Below, piece after piece: positions 55,990 to 64,000 of a DNA stretch of 64,000 nucleotides (position 1 is the first letter of the stretch; each line of letters starts with the position of its first letter). A model generated the notes under the pieces. That model was not told the origin of the DNA. It did not search any database and saw only the letters and a list, made by a program, of their open reading frames with translations. The stretch is from sequence record NC_048054.1, one strand, 5' to 3'. The position numbers and the translations under genes are program-made.

Positions 55990-56050
55990 ATCATGATTAC
56001 CTGATTTTTTCTATCGTTTCTTTACAGAATCAGACAACTCTTAACCCGAA

Positions 56051-56152
56051 TGCTACAGCTGGAAGCTACAACAGCTAGACATGGAAGGCATGGGCTACAG
56101 CGGGCTAGCTACAACGCTCGTGGTACGCTTGAACATTACAACTACAGGTACA
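56051..56152. repeat. Cluster of short GCTACA-like direct repeats (iteron-like)
   Basis: GCTACA at 56052, 56065, 56094 and 56108; variants GCTAGA 56074, GCTAGC 56104, ATTACA 56135, ACTACA 56141, GGTACA 56147. Confidence 0.6.
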
Positions 56153-56392
56153 TCTTTAGGCGGCACGTTTCGGGGACATAGAAAATAAAGAAACCATGCT
56201 CCGAGCAGCCAAGATTGCACCCTCTACGCACCCTGGGTAGCGATCTAGCGGAAAACCCTAGGTCGTCTAAACCGTGTAAATTTTTCCAAAAAAGTAGTAC
56301 ATTTTTTGACCAAATGCCCCTTTTCAGACTAAAAATGAGGAAAATCCGAGAAAAATCAAGGACTTTCCCCAATTTTGAAACGAAAAATCAGA

Positions 56393-57052
56393 TCATTTTT
56401 TCTGTGAAACGCGTTTTCCGAGCTTAACACCGATTTGCGTCAGTATTCGCTTGACCGTTTCACCGTCGTGTTCAGCCATTGCAGCAGCTAAACGCTCGCC
56501 CTGTTCACGCGATAGCTCAGGCATGACCATTTTAAGCATCTGCGAGCGCATTTTAGCTGATTTAGACTTGCCTTTCGACACCGATACGCCTTCGTTAGCT
56601 GTGAGCGCACTGCTAATCGCTTTCTGCACACGACGATCACCGAAGATATCGCCGAATACGTCACCGAACAGGTCTTTGAACGATAGACCACCGCTCATAA
56701 TGTCGTTTTTCGTGAAACGAACAGGCTGTCCGAGCGCATTCACTTTATTGCAATGCACAGATTCAACCTGATTCGTGGTACGTCCACCAGCACGGAAGTT
56801 CTCGTCAGGGCGTGACGCTTTACCCTCTGCGCCCGGCTTTGTGTTGCCGTTGCGCAAATCAGGGTTACCTTCGACAGCTTTATCAGGGTCGAACATGTCG
56901 TCGGCTGTTTCGCTCTGATTCGCGTCAAACGGAATCTTACCTGTCAGCTTGTTGGGATCTGGCCAGCTATCTGGAATGTCAGAAGCAGGCTGTGGTTTAT
57001 TCGTCATATCCCCATTTGCTTCACCGCTCAAGCTGATCTTAATACGTGCCAT
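56393..57052 (-). CDS. Hypothetical protein with N-terminal KISLSG motif, 219 aa
   Basis: AGGAG RBS; low-complexity N-terminal half. Confidence 0.75.
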   Translation of the reverse strand: MARIKISLSGEANGDMTNKPQPASDIPDSWPDPNKLTGKIPFDANQSETADDMFDPDKAVEGNPDLRNGNTKPGAEGKASRPDENFRAGGRTTNQVESVHCNKVNALGQPVRFTKNDIMSGGLSFKDLFGDVFGDIFGDRRVQKAISSALTANEGVSVSKGKSKSAKMRSQMLKMVMPELSREQGERLAAAMAEHDGETVKRILTQIGVKLGKRVSQKK

Positions 57053-57061
57053 GTTAATCTC

Positions 57062-58183
57062 CTATCGGATTTTGAAGCCTTTGAAAATGTTATACGCAAT
57101 CTCTTTGCGCTGAATAGGACGAGTGGTACACACCCATTCCCACTGATCGTTCTTCGCTGTGCGTTTCTTCGGTGCCTCCATAACTTTCAGCACGTAGTTT
57201 TTGAAAGGCAGAACGAGAATGTCTTCTGGCTCAATCGCACCGCTACGCGCAGGCAGAACTACCGTAATGTTACCGACAGTCAGTTCCTGATCGTAGTTCA
57301 GCACGTTTGCTTCTTCGCTAATGTTGCCTTTAACAGGCGGAACACCTAAATCGAAGATCATCGTGACGTGTGAGAATGCCTCAATGCCTCTCACACGAAT
57401 CGTCACATGCTTACCACGCCAGCGTTCCAGATTGGCTGCCGTCAGTTCAACTTCAACGCCGTTAACCAACAACATAGGGCGTGGGAAAGCAGGTAACATG
57501 GTTTCATTCAGACGCACCGAATAAGTCGCCTGCGTAAAGTATTTTGGGATAAGCTGATCGAAATCCGCGTAACCGTCTTTACGTACCTGCCTGAATGTCG
57601 CTGGGCTGGTGGACTGATCGAGTGTATAACCCTCCAGTTCCTTGACGTGATAGTGCGTGGCGATGTTGTAGATGAAGCCCGTACTGACAAAGCCTGGCAC
57701 AACACCTTGACGATAGCAGATGCCACAGTTCGCAACGTTACCGCCATCCCATTTGACGTCGAACTCCTCACCTGTGTCGATACCCATCAGGTCAGCAGCA
57801 TCCATCGCAGCGTTCATCGCAGCGTTCATGCCATCGTCGATATCATCAAGGGAAACAGCTTGGCGCCCGCCGCCGAACATACCCTTGGAGACAGTATCGA
57901 TCTTAATGCCAGCCGACATTGCATCGGATTCACGGCCAAGTGATTTCAGGCCACCAGCCATGTTATCCAGAACATCGTTTTCGGTTTTGTTGCAACTACA
58001 GGTGAGGCCCATCTTCGCTTTCTTGAAGATGACGATATCGGTGGCGTCTACCTGTAGCGCCTGTTCGACTTTGGACTGCACAACCTTTTGCACACTGTCC
58101 AGTCGGCGCTGTACGCGTTCCGTTTCGTAGGTCTTGTGCCGGTCGTATGTGTTGCGGGGTTTCCCGCGTTCAATCCAGCTCAT
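57062..58183 (-). CDS. Putative virion structural protein (head-closure/neck-like) with Cys motifs, 373 aa
   Basis: GAGGAG RBS; late motif upstream; CSC...CGICYRQG and a C-terminal beta-rich domain. Functional call tentative. Confidence 0.45.
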   Translation of the reverse strand: MSWIERGKPRNTYDRHKTYETERVQRRLDSVQKVVQSKVEQALQVDATDIVIFKKAKMGLTCSCNKTENDVLDNMAGGLKSLGRESDAMSAGIKIDTVSKGMFGGGRQAVSLDDIDDGMNAAMNAAMDAADLMGIDTGEEFDVKWDGGNVANCGICYRQGVVPGFVSTGFIYNIATHYHVKELEGYTLDQSTSPATFRQVRKDGYADFDQLIPKYFTQATYSVRLNETMLPAFPRPMLLVNGVEVELTAANLERWRGKHVTIRVRGIEAFSHVTMIFDLGVPPVKGNISEEANVLNYDQELTVGNITVVLPARSGAIEPEDILVLPFKNYVLKVMEAPKKRTAKNDQWEWVCTTRPIQRKEIAYNIFKGFKIR

Positions 58184-58204
58184 AAAAGTTCTCCTCTGTG
58201 TGCT

Positions 58205-58212
58205 TGAAATTA
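58205..58212 (-). promoter_or_regulatory. TAATTTYA-class promoter motif
   Basis: TAATTTCA 22 nt upstream of 58183. Confidence 0.55.
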
Positions 58213-58282
58213 GTGACTAAGAATTTTGGACCTTTGCCCTGACAAATACTTATTTAGTGTATGTTAAAACGAGGAGCCTAAC

Positions 58283-58831
58283 ATGCGTATTCTTTCAGGC
58301 GACCCGGGAAAGGTTAACTTCGCGTTGTCTGTCACTGAATTTAAGGACAAGCGCATAGAGATTCTCGGGACGCGGATGTTCCAACATCCAATCCAAAACC
58401 TACATCACGACATGCGCCAACCAGTCAAAGAGTTCATGAAAGAGCTTGATGACATATGGAAGCGCTATGGACCGTTTGATGCGATGTGCTTCGAGCGATT
58501 CCAGTCGCGTGGACTTGGCGGCAACACTATTGAGGCTATCAGTTTGATGCTCGGTGTGCTGTCCATGTTCGCACTGAAAAAGAATTGCCCGATCGATTTG
58601 ATCACGGCAAGCCAGTGGAAGAACGCGTTCAACCGTACTATGGACCTTAAAGGTTATTACGCGCATTACAACCTGACTTCCAAAAAGAGTCGCAAAGCGA
58701 TTCACGAATTTGATGCCAGCCTTATTGGCATGTATACCTTCTATCGACATACGAACCGGAAACCATTCGCAGGCTTCGACCGCATTGTTGACGTCTACGT
58801 TCCGAAGTTCTTGTCATCTCCTGTACTGTGA
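58283..58831 (+). CDS. ruvC: RuvC-like Holliday junction resolvase, 182 aa
   Basis: MRILSGDPG (catalytic Asp), CFERFQ (Glu), ASQWKN, HEFDASLIG; GAGGAG RBS. Confidence 0.85.
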   Translation: MRILSGDPGKVNFALSVTEFKDKRIEILGTRMFQHPIQNLHHDMRQPVKEFMKELDDIWKRYGPFDAMCFERFQSRGLGGNTIEAISLMLGVLSMFALKKNCPIDLITASQWKNAFNRTMDLKGYYAHYNLTSKKSRKAIHEFDASLIGMYTFYRHTNRKPFAGFDRIVDVYVPKFLSSPVL

Positions 58832-58838
58832 GGCAAAC

Positions 58839-59204
58839 ATGGAACATGAACAACTGATCGCTCTCGTTAAAGACGTAGTTTCTGAATTTGGTGAACCTGT
58901 GTACCTCGATCGTGGTCAGGTTGGAGAGAACAGCCAGACGTATTCCACAATGGAAACGCTGATTAGCGTTCGTTCTGACGAGCAAGGCACAACGCTGCTG
59001 CAAGATCTGAAAGCAAAGATCGCAGACTATATCGAGTTGCTGCGTACCGATGGTGCGACACGTACTATCGACGGTGAGATTCAGCTTCTTGCGCCAGTCA
59101 CGGAAAAACCTAAGTTTACCTATCGTGACCCAATGGTAAACGAAATCCCTAACGGTTTTCTGTACTCGGTCTCCATTGGTTTTCCCATGGTTGTGGCCGA
59201 TTAA
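58839..59204 (+). CDS. Hypothetical protein (~121 aa)
   Basis: Start moved to ATG 58839 (GAGG RBS, MEHEQ). Confidence 0.7.
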   Translation: MEHEQLIALVKDVVSEFGEPVYLDRGQVGENSQTYSTMETLISVRSDEQGTTLLQDLKAKIADYIELLRTDGATRTIDGEIQLLAPVTEKPKFTYRDPMVNEIPNGFLYSVSIGFPMVVAD

Positions 59205-59205
59205 T

Positions 59206-59214
59206 CTGTAAATA
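59206..59214 (+). promoter_or_regulatory. CTGTAAATA-class promoter motif
   Basis: Exact motif on the plus strand, 37 nt upstream of ATG 59251. Confidence 0.6.
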
Positions 59215-59250
59215 TCCTTACTTGGTTAACACGGCTTGTGGGATATAGAA

Positions 59251-59943
59251 ATGGCGAAGTTAAAGAAAGAACAAAAGGCAGTTGCGGCAAAGAAACCTGT
59301 TAAGGTGAAGAAGTCAGTAGCTACCAAAACAAATAAAGGAAAAGCAGTTCCGATTCATGTTGTGCAGGACAACCGTCCAATCATTGTTTGCCCTGAAATG
59401 GAAGACAAGCCACAACAGTTTCGTTTTCGTGGTCAGTGTCCGATCACAACGTGCCAGTATTGCACACGCGAAACGCCTACAGGCTGTATGGCGTTGGACC
59501 GCAAAGAAGCTGCCGACCGTTCAATCTCTAACAAGGAGATCGCCTATTACAAACGTGGCCTCTTCCCAGAACTCAAAGAGATGGATCAAAAGCAGTTGGA
59601 TAATACGATTCGACGCGCACAAAATCGTACCCGTACTGCTATCTGTCTTACTATGTTTATTGCCGGGATTGATGATTCTGATTGCGATCGGTCTTTTGAG
59701 TACGTAGAAGGCCGCAGCCGCATTGTCGATCAGGTTCATAACTATCTGGTTCAAACGTTCAACGACTATCGCCCATGGATGCTTGCCTACCTGGACGATG
59801 AAGAACGATTTACTCAGATGGTCGGCAAGATAACCAATTCTGAATTTAATTTAGGCACAGCGCTGCGGTTAACGCCTCGTAAGTATCAGACGTTCTGCCA
59901 GTCGCTACAGAACCTTAAACAATCTGGAGACTCCAATGAGTAA
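59251..59943 (+). CDS. Hypothetical protein with Lys-rich N-terminus and Cys cluster (~230 aa)
   Basis: CP...CP..TCQYC....GC possible Zn site. Confidence 0.7.
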   Translation: MAKLKKEQKAVAAKKPVKVKKSVATKTNKGKAVPIHVVQDNRPIIVCPEMEDKPQQFRFRGQCPITTCQYCTRETPTGCMALDRKEAADRSISNKEIAYYKRGLFPELKEMDQKQLDNTIRRAQNRTRTAICLTMFIAGIDDSDCDRSFEYVEGRSRIVDQVHNYLVQTFNDYRPWMLAYLDDEERFTQMVGKITNSEFNLGTALRLTPRKYQTFCQSLQNLKQSGDSNE

Positions 59944-61705
59944 CTTTATTTCTCTCGATCAGTATCGCGCTTTTATTCAGCGCAACATTCTGAGCGAGCC
60001 TCAGATGCTGGTCAGCAACCAGACTCAGCCGCTGGGTCAAATCTCTTTCCAGTGCCCAGGTGACAACTTCCAGATGAAGGACGTTATCATCCCTGCGACG
60101 CGCAATGCCGTTGACCTGACTCAGCAAGCGCCTCTGGAAAACCTGCTGGCCTGTAGCCAACTGAAATCTCTGATTCAGTTGCAGCGCATTGCCCTGCTGA
60201 ACCCTGACGATATGCCTCAGCCTGGTGAAGGTATCCCACAACCTTCTCTGTCACAAACTCCAGTTGCTGGTGCAGTGTCTGTTGATGGTACCACAATCCC
60301 TAACGCCGTTGTGATCGTTGAACAGAACGGTAACGTGTGGACTGGTACTTCGAATGGCAGTGGCGTGTTCACTGTTGATGTGTCTGGTCTGGAAGAAGGT
60401 CCGTTCTCGATCACTGTAACTGCAAACGGTTATACCCCAGCGCGTTACGACTTCGAAGCAGGCCCGCAGCCGCTGCAACCAATGCCTGAGCCTGTTGTTC
60501 ATGCAGTCTTCAAAGAAACTACGGTTTCGGGAACCACTGTTGCGAATGCTAATATCGTGGTATCGGTACAAAGCAAACAGTTCACTGGACAGGCTGATGA
60601 CACTGGCGCGTTCTCTATCAACGTCGATCCACTGCCTGCCGACACTATCCATCTGACCTTCACTGCTGACGGTTATCTGGATAAAACAGTTGACCACGTT
60701 GTCGATACTGTAGCTGGTCTGGCGCAGATTAACAGCGCTGCTTTCCTGTCTACCTCTCTGGCTGGTAAAGCAAACCCTAACGGTGAAGTCGAAATCCTGA
60801 TCGACGGCCAGGCTAACCAGTTCGCTACTGCTGATGCGCAAGGCGACTGGACTGCTACTGTTGGTGCAGTTAAAGGCGCTGTGTCTATTCGTGCTCTGGC
60901 TGTTGATGGGTATGATGAAGCAACCGCGACAATGCAGCCGACTAAACTCCAGTTCGGCGCAATCGCAGTTGATGACGCTGATGCGTTCGGCGAAACTCGC
61001 ACTGTGGTCTCTGGTACCATTGCTGGCCTGAATGCCGAAGCGAATGATATCGCTGTTACCGTAACAGTTCAGGCTGGTGTGTACGAAGGTACTGTCAATC
61101 TGGCTGCTGGTACATTCAACATTACTGGTGTTGATGCGAAAGCTGGTGTGGGTTCTACTGGTGTGGTCAACGTTACCTCTGCGTTCTACGAAGATGGTTC
61201 AACGTCGTTCACTATTCTGGAAGAGTTCGCTGCGCCTACGCTGCAACAAGCCCAGGATGGTCAGACTGCTGTAGTAGGTGACACTGTTGCGAGCACCACC
61301 GTTAAGATCACCATGAACGGCGAAACCAAAACTGCGTCTTCAAACGCGCAGGGTGCGTTCAGTGTTGACGGCTTCACGAACGTTGTGCCTGGTCCGATCA
61401 CTATCGAACTGTCACGCGCTCAATACCTGCCAGCCTCCTTCCAGGTTACTCTGGTAGTTGAAGCACTTGGTCAGCTTGATGCTGATCTGAAAGCTGGCGA
61501 AGATACCGTTGCAGGACAAGCAACGCCTGGCTCTACTGTCACTCTGACGCAGGGTAGCGTTACTGGTGATGCTGTAGCTGATTCGTCCACTGGTGAGTTC
61601 ATTATTACGCTGTCCGGCCCTCTGGTTGAAGGTCAGGCTCAGCTTGTGGTGCAACATGCTGGCTATGTTGACTTCACCGACACTTTAGCTGTCGCGGCAG
61701 CTTAA
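59936..61705 (+). CDS. Ig-like repeat virion decoration protein, 589 aa
   Basis: About 5-6 ~80-aa beta repeats (VSGTT...A.V.V...G....AD..G.F.I); N-terminal ~95-aa domain shared with 61759..62409; GGAG RBS. Confidence 0.75.
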   Translation: MSNFISLDQYRAFIQRNILSEPQMLVSNQTQPLGQISFQCPGDNFQMKDVIIPATRNAVDLTQQAPLENLLACSQLKSLIQLQRIALLNPDDMPQPGEGIPQPSLSQTPVAGAVSVDGTTIPNAVVIVEQNGNVWTGTSNGSGVFTVDVSGLEEGPFSITVTANGYTPARYDFEAGPQPLQPMPEPVVHAVFKETTVSGTTVANANIVVSVQSKQFTGQADDTGAFSINVDPLPADTIHLTFTADGYLDKTVDHVVDTVAGLAQINSAAFLSTSLAGKANPNGEVEILIDGQANQFATADAQGDWTATVGAVKGAVSIRALAVDGYDEATATMQPTKLQFGAIAVDDADAFGETRTVVSGTIAGLNAEANDIAVTVTVQAGVYEGTVNLAAGTFNITGVDAKAGVGSTGVVNVTSAFYEDGSTSFTILEEFAAPTLQQAQDGQTAVVGDTVASTTVKITMNGETKTASSNAQGAFSVDGFTNVVPGPITIELSRAQYLPASFQVTLVVEALGQLDADLKAGEDTVAGQATPGSTVTLTQGSVTGDAVADSSTGEFIITLSGPLVEGQAQLVVQHAGYVDFTDTLAVAAA

Positions 61706-61713
61706 TCCTTTAC

Positions 61714-61729
61714 AGGGGCTTCGGCCCCT
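61714..61729 (+). terminator. cUUCGg hairpin without U-tract (stabiliser or weak terminator)
   Basis: AGGGGC-TTCG-GCCCCT followed by AATAG. Confidence 0.5.
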
Positions 61730-61758
61730 AATAGAACTGAAAATTCGGAGATTTACCA

Positions 61759-62409
61759 ATGAGCAATAAAGTCCTTGTACAGCCTATCACTCTGACTACC
61801 TACAACGAGCGTTACGGCCGAGATGCCGTTGCACCTATGTACGTCGCTAACCGTACTGAGCCTCGCGGCAACGTAATGTTCAGCGCGAAAGACGACATGG
61901 GCCAGCCAGTTCCTGTTCTGGTTCCTGCAACCTTCATCCCGATCGACCTGACCCAGCAGGCTACTAAAGAAAGCCTGATGCAGTCTACTCACCTGCGCCG
62001 CGCACTGCGTATGGGCCACTTGGTTATCATTGATACCGAGAGCGCCGAAGAGTACATGCGTAGCAGCAAACTGGCGCAGAAAGAAATGCGCAACCTGAAC
62101 AAAATGAACGCGGCTATCTCGGCTGAGCTGGGCGAAGAAAGCGGTGAACTGCAAGCTATCGATCTGGGTGGCGGTGCTCGCAAGAAAGAAATCATCTTTG
62201 AAGGCGGCGAAGAGTTCTCCAAAAACCAGTTCGTTAACGCATTCATCATGCGAGCGCAGGAAGACAGCGAAGAATCTGATGACAATCTGGAACGTGAATT
62301 CCTGTCTCGCGGTCTCGGTCTGCCTGTATCTGAACTCAACATTCTGCGTGAGCACATCACTCGCCCAGCAATCGTTGAACTGATCGTTCAGGCTCTTGAC
62401 GACGCGTAA
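61759..62409 (+). CDS. Putative virion protein, paralogue of the 59936..61705 N-terminal domain, 216 aa
   Basis: V.N.T.P.G...F.......V..PAT....DLTQQA..E.L shared with 59936; GGAG RBS. Confidence 0.7.
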   Translation: MSNKVLVQPITLTTYNERYGRDAVAPMYVANRTEPRGNVMFSAKDDMGQPVPVLVPATFIPIDLTQQATKESLMQSTHLRRALRMGHLVIIDTESAEEYMRSSKLAQKEMRNLNKMNAAISAELGEESGELQAIDLGGGARKKEIIFEGGEEFSKNQFVNAFIMRAQEDSEESDDNLEREFLSRGLGLPVSELNILREHITRPAIVELIVQALDDA

Positions 62410-62425
62410 TCGACAAGCCATAGAC

Positions 62426-62464
62426 AAAAAAAATGGGAGGCCCCGAAAGGAGTCTCCCATTTTT
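62426..62464. terminator. Bidirectional terminator between convergent genes
   Basis: A8-TGGGAG...CTCCCA-T5 hairpin with GAAA loop. Confidence 0.85.
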
Positions 62465-62465
62465 A

Positions 62466-62645
62466 TTACTGCTGCTGTTCTGTTTGCTTGCGTAAACGAT
62501 CAAGAAGTCCTGACGATTCGCCTGGCTTAATCAAACGCGGTTCAACTTTGATGCGATTGATTAGGCGTTGCATACGACGAATGCTACGACTGCGTAATGC
62601 TTCTACTGAGTGCTGCTTAAACTGCTTTCTGAATTTCAAAGCCAT
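62466..62645 (-). CDS. Small basic protein, 59 aa (below the ORF-track cut-off)
   Basis: Hand translation MALKFRKQFKQHSVEALRSRSIRRMQRLINRIKVEPRLIKPGESSGLLDRLRKQTEQQQ*; AGGA RBS; starts 1 nt after the primase stop. Confidence 0.7.
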   Translation of the reverse strand: MALKFRKQFKQHSVEALRSRSIRRMQRLINRIKVEPRLIKPGESSGLLDRLRKQTEQQQ

Positions 62646-62646
62646 T

Positions 62647-63705
62647 CTACTTTCCTTTCTTCTCTATTGCCTTAGGTCTATTCCATCCAAGTGCTTTAGC
62701 TGGCATGATACACTTCTTACCGTGAATGTCACGTAGCGTCATGCGAACTTCTTTGATCAACTTGAATGGTGCGTTGTCTGGGTCGAGTTTAATCAGCTTA
62801 CCATCTTCGTCAAACTCACGAGGCAGTTTAAAGTGTTTGACTGGTACTGGTGAGTTCTTCGCAAATTCATCCTTGATCTTGGTGCGCAACAACTTCCCGC
62901 CGCCGTCGTTATCCGTCATGGTGTACACGACACTCACGCCAAGCATCTCAATCGTTCTGCGTTTTGTTTCACCGAACTGCTCTGCGCCAAGAACTGCCAA
63001 AGCAGGTATGCCATACGATAACAGTGCGAGCGCATCACGAGGACCTTCCACCAATACAACGTAACGCAGCTTGTATTTCTTCAAACACTCTTTGACTAAT
63101 GGGAGTGGGAACAGGCCTTTGTCTTTTGCCCAATCACCTTGCGAGTTCACATAGCTGGTGCCGTTCATTTGCTTACGCAGATATGCAGCGATACCGCCTA
63201 TGTATTTCGTTCCGTGTTTGCATGGGAAGAAACAAACGTTGGTTCCTGTGTGCTGTGCGTTAAGCAAACCACCAGCAGCACGAACAAGTGCTCCAGGATA
63301 ACCGCGCCACTCAACATCAAGCGGCCACTCCATGTAGCTCTTACGCCCAAGCGCTTTCATCAACAGGCCGACAGATGGATAAGTACCAATCTTTGAACCA
63401 ATCTGGTCATACGTTTTGAGCAACGCGCTGAGAGAGTTGGTGCCAGCGTCTTTTAATGCCCAGCCCTTAATCTCTTGCAGCTTCGCGTGTGCGGCGAGTT
63501 TGTTCCAGCCGCCCTTCTCACCGCATCCAAAGCAGTGAAAGAATCCAAGCGGTATCTCCATCCCTACAGATGTGTAAATACCACAACTAGGAGTCTTATC
63601 GCTGTGGAACGGACAGCACACCATAACAGTGTCACCGTTGTATTTCTTCTCGCCTGGCAGTTTGCCAATTTCTTCGAGAATTATCTGATGGACATCTTCT
63701 GCCAT
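62647..63705 (-). CDS. dnaG: DNA primase, DnaG-type (CHC2 Zn finger + TOPRIM), 352 aa
   Basis: CCPFHSDKTPSC...FHCFGCGEKG; VVLVEGPRDAL; TDNDGGG. Confidence 0.92.
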   Translation of the reverse strand: MAEDVHQIILEEIGKLPGEKKYNGDTVMVCCPFHSDKTPSCGIYTSVGMEIPLGFFHCFGCGEKGGWNKLAAHAKLQEIKGWALKDAGTNSLSALLKTYDQIGSKIGTYPSVGLLMKALGRKSYMEWPLDVEWRGYPGALVRAAGGLLNAQHTGTNVCFFPCKHGTKYIGGIAAYLRKQMNGTSYVNSQGDWAKDKGLFPLPLVKECLKKYKLRYVVLVEGPRDALALLSYGIPALAVLGAEQFGETKRRTIEMLGVSVVYTMTDNDGGGKLLRTKIKDEFAKNSPVPVKHFKLPREFDEDGKLIKLDPDNAPFKLIKEVRMTLRDIHGKKCIMPAKALGWNRPKAIEKKGK

Positions 63706-63744
63706 ACCATCCTCTATTCGTTTCGTAATTTACGCATATAAGCA

Positions 63745-63753
63745 TATTTACAG
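63745..63753 (-). promoter_or_regulatory. CTGTAAATA-class promoter motif
   Basis: Exact motif 40 nt upstream of the primase start. Confidence 0.6.
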
Positions 63754-63769
63754 ATAAAGGACGTTAAGA

Positions 63770-64000
63770 ATGGGTAATCCACATCGCTACGTGCATTCTG
63801 CTGTTCGCCGCTTTTATGATCGGCACTGGCTACAGTTTTGTGATCTACTCAAAGTCGAACCTCAAACATTAGGCGCGTTCAACAATCAGGGTGATATGAT
63901 AGGCCTTTCTTTGCCTGCCGATTCTGATATTGAAGCAATGACCAAGAGTCTGCGTTTGATGTACTCCGTCAAGGAAGAAGGTGTTGAAGTACGCTGTTAC
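63770..64000 (+). CDS. Hypothetical protein, truncated by the window end
   Basis: AAGGA RBS; open to the end (MGNPHRYVHSAVRRFYDRHW...VEVRCY); TAATTTA motif at 63726..63732 upstream. Confidence 0.6.
   Translation, partial: MGNPHRYVHSAVRRFYDRHWLQFCDLLKVEPQTLGAFNNQGDMIGLSLPADSDIEAMTKSLRLMYSVKEEGVEVRCY

Noticed and set aside
56051-56152. Possible mini-CRISPR array or diversity-generating repeats
   Set aside because: Repeats are only ~6 nt with irregular spacing; no cas or reverse transcriptase gene in the window
56142-56427. Short ORFs across the AT-rich block (56142..56372 minus, 56215..56427 plus)
   Set aside because: Low-complexity F/K/S-rich translations of A/T tracts without RBS

Overview
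64 kb segment of a large lytic (jumbo-type) myovirus genome, with no host-chromosome genes, tRNA or CRISPR array seen. It is densely coding and mostly on the minus strand up to about 58.2 kb. It interleaves virion genes (tail sheath, Ig-repeat fibres, probable neck proteins, basic histone-like proteins, GH108 lysozyme) with a bacterial-style replisome and recombination set. That set comprises PolA with an N-terminal UDG-like domain, beta-like clamp, DnaX-like loader, DnaG primase, UvsW/UvsY-like pair, SbcC/SbcD, RuvC-like resolvase and a 1949-aa SNF2 helicase. By inference from gene content it resembles the hairy jumbo myoviruses of enterobacteria (Erwinia Y3/Alexandra, Dickeya JA11/AD1 type). 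Signals not explained by ordinary annotation: (1) a roughly 340-nt highly structured non-coding element at 50.2-50.55 kb with its own sigma70-like promoter; (2) a second, exonuclease-less family-A/T7-RNAP-like polymerase (54.4-56.0 kb) next to an iteron-like, AT-rich region and sharing an 18-bp motif with the structured element; (3) a shared N-terminal peptide M[EQ]I[FYM]VSLS (and related S-x-S-A motifs) on unrelated late proteins, one an ADP-ribosyltransferase-like protein, suggesting a capsid-targeting and cleavage signal; (4) two distinct promoter motifs, CTGTAAATA before replication genes and TAATTTYA before virion genes. All family calls come from motif reading by eye, with no database search.
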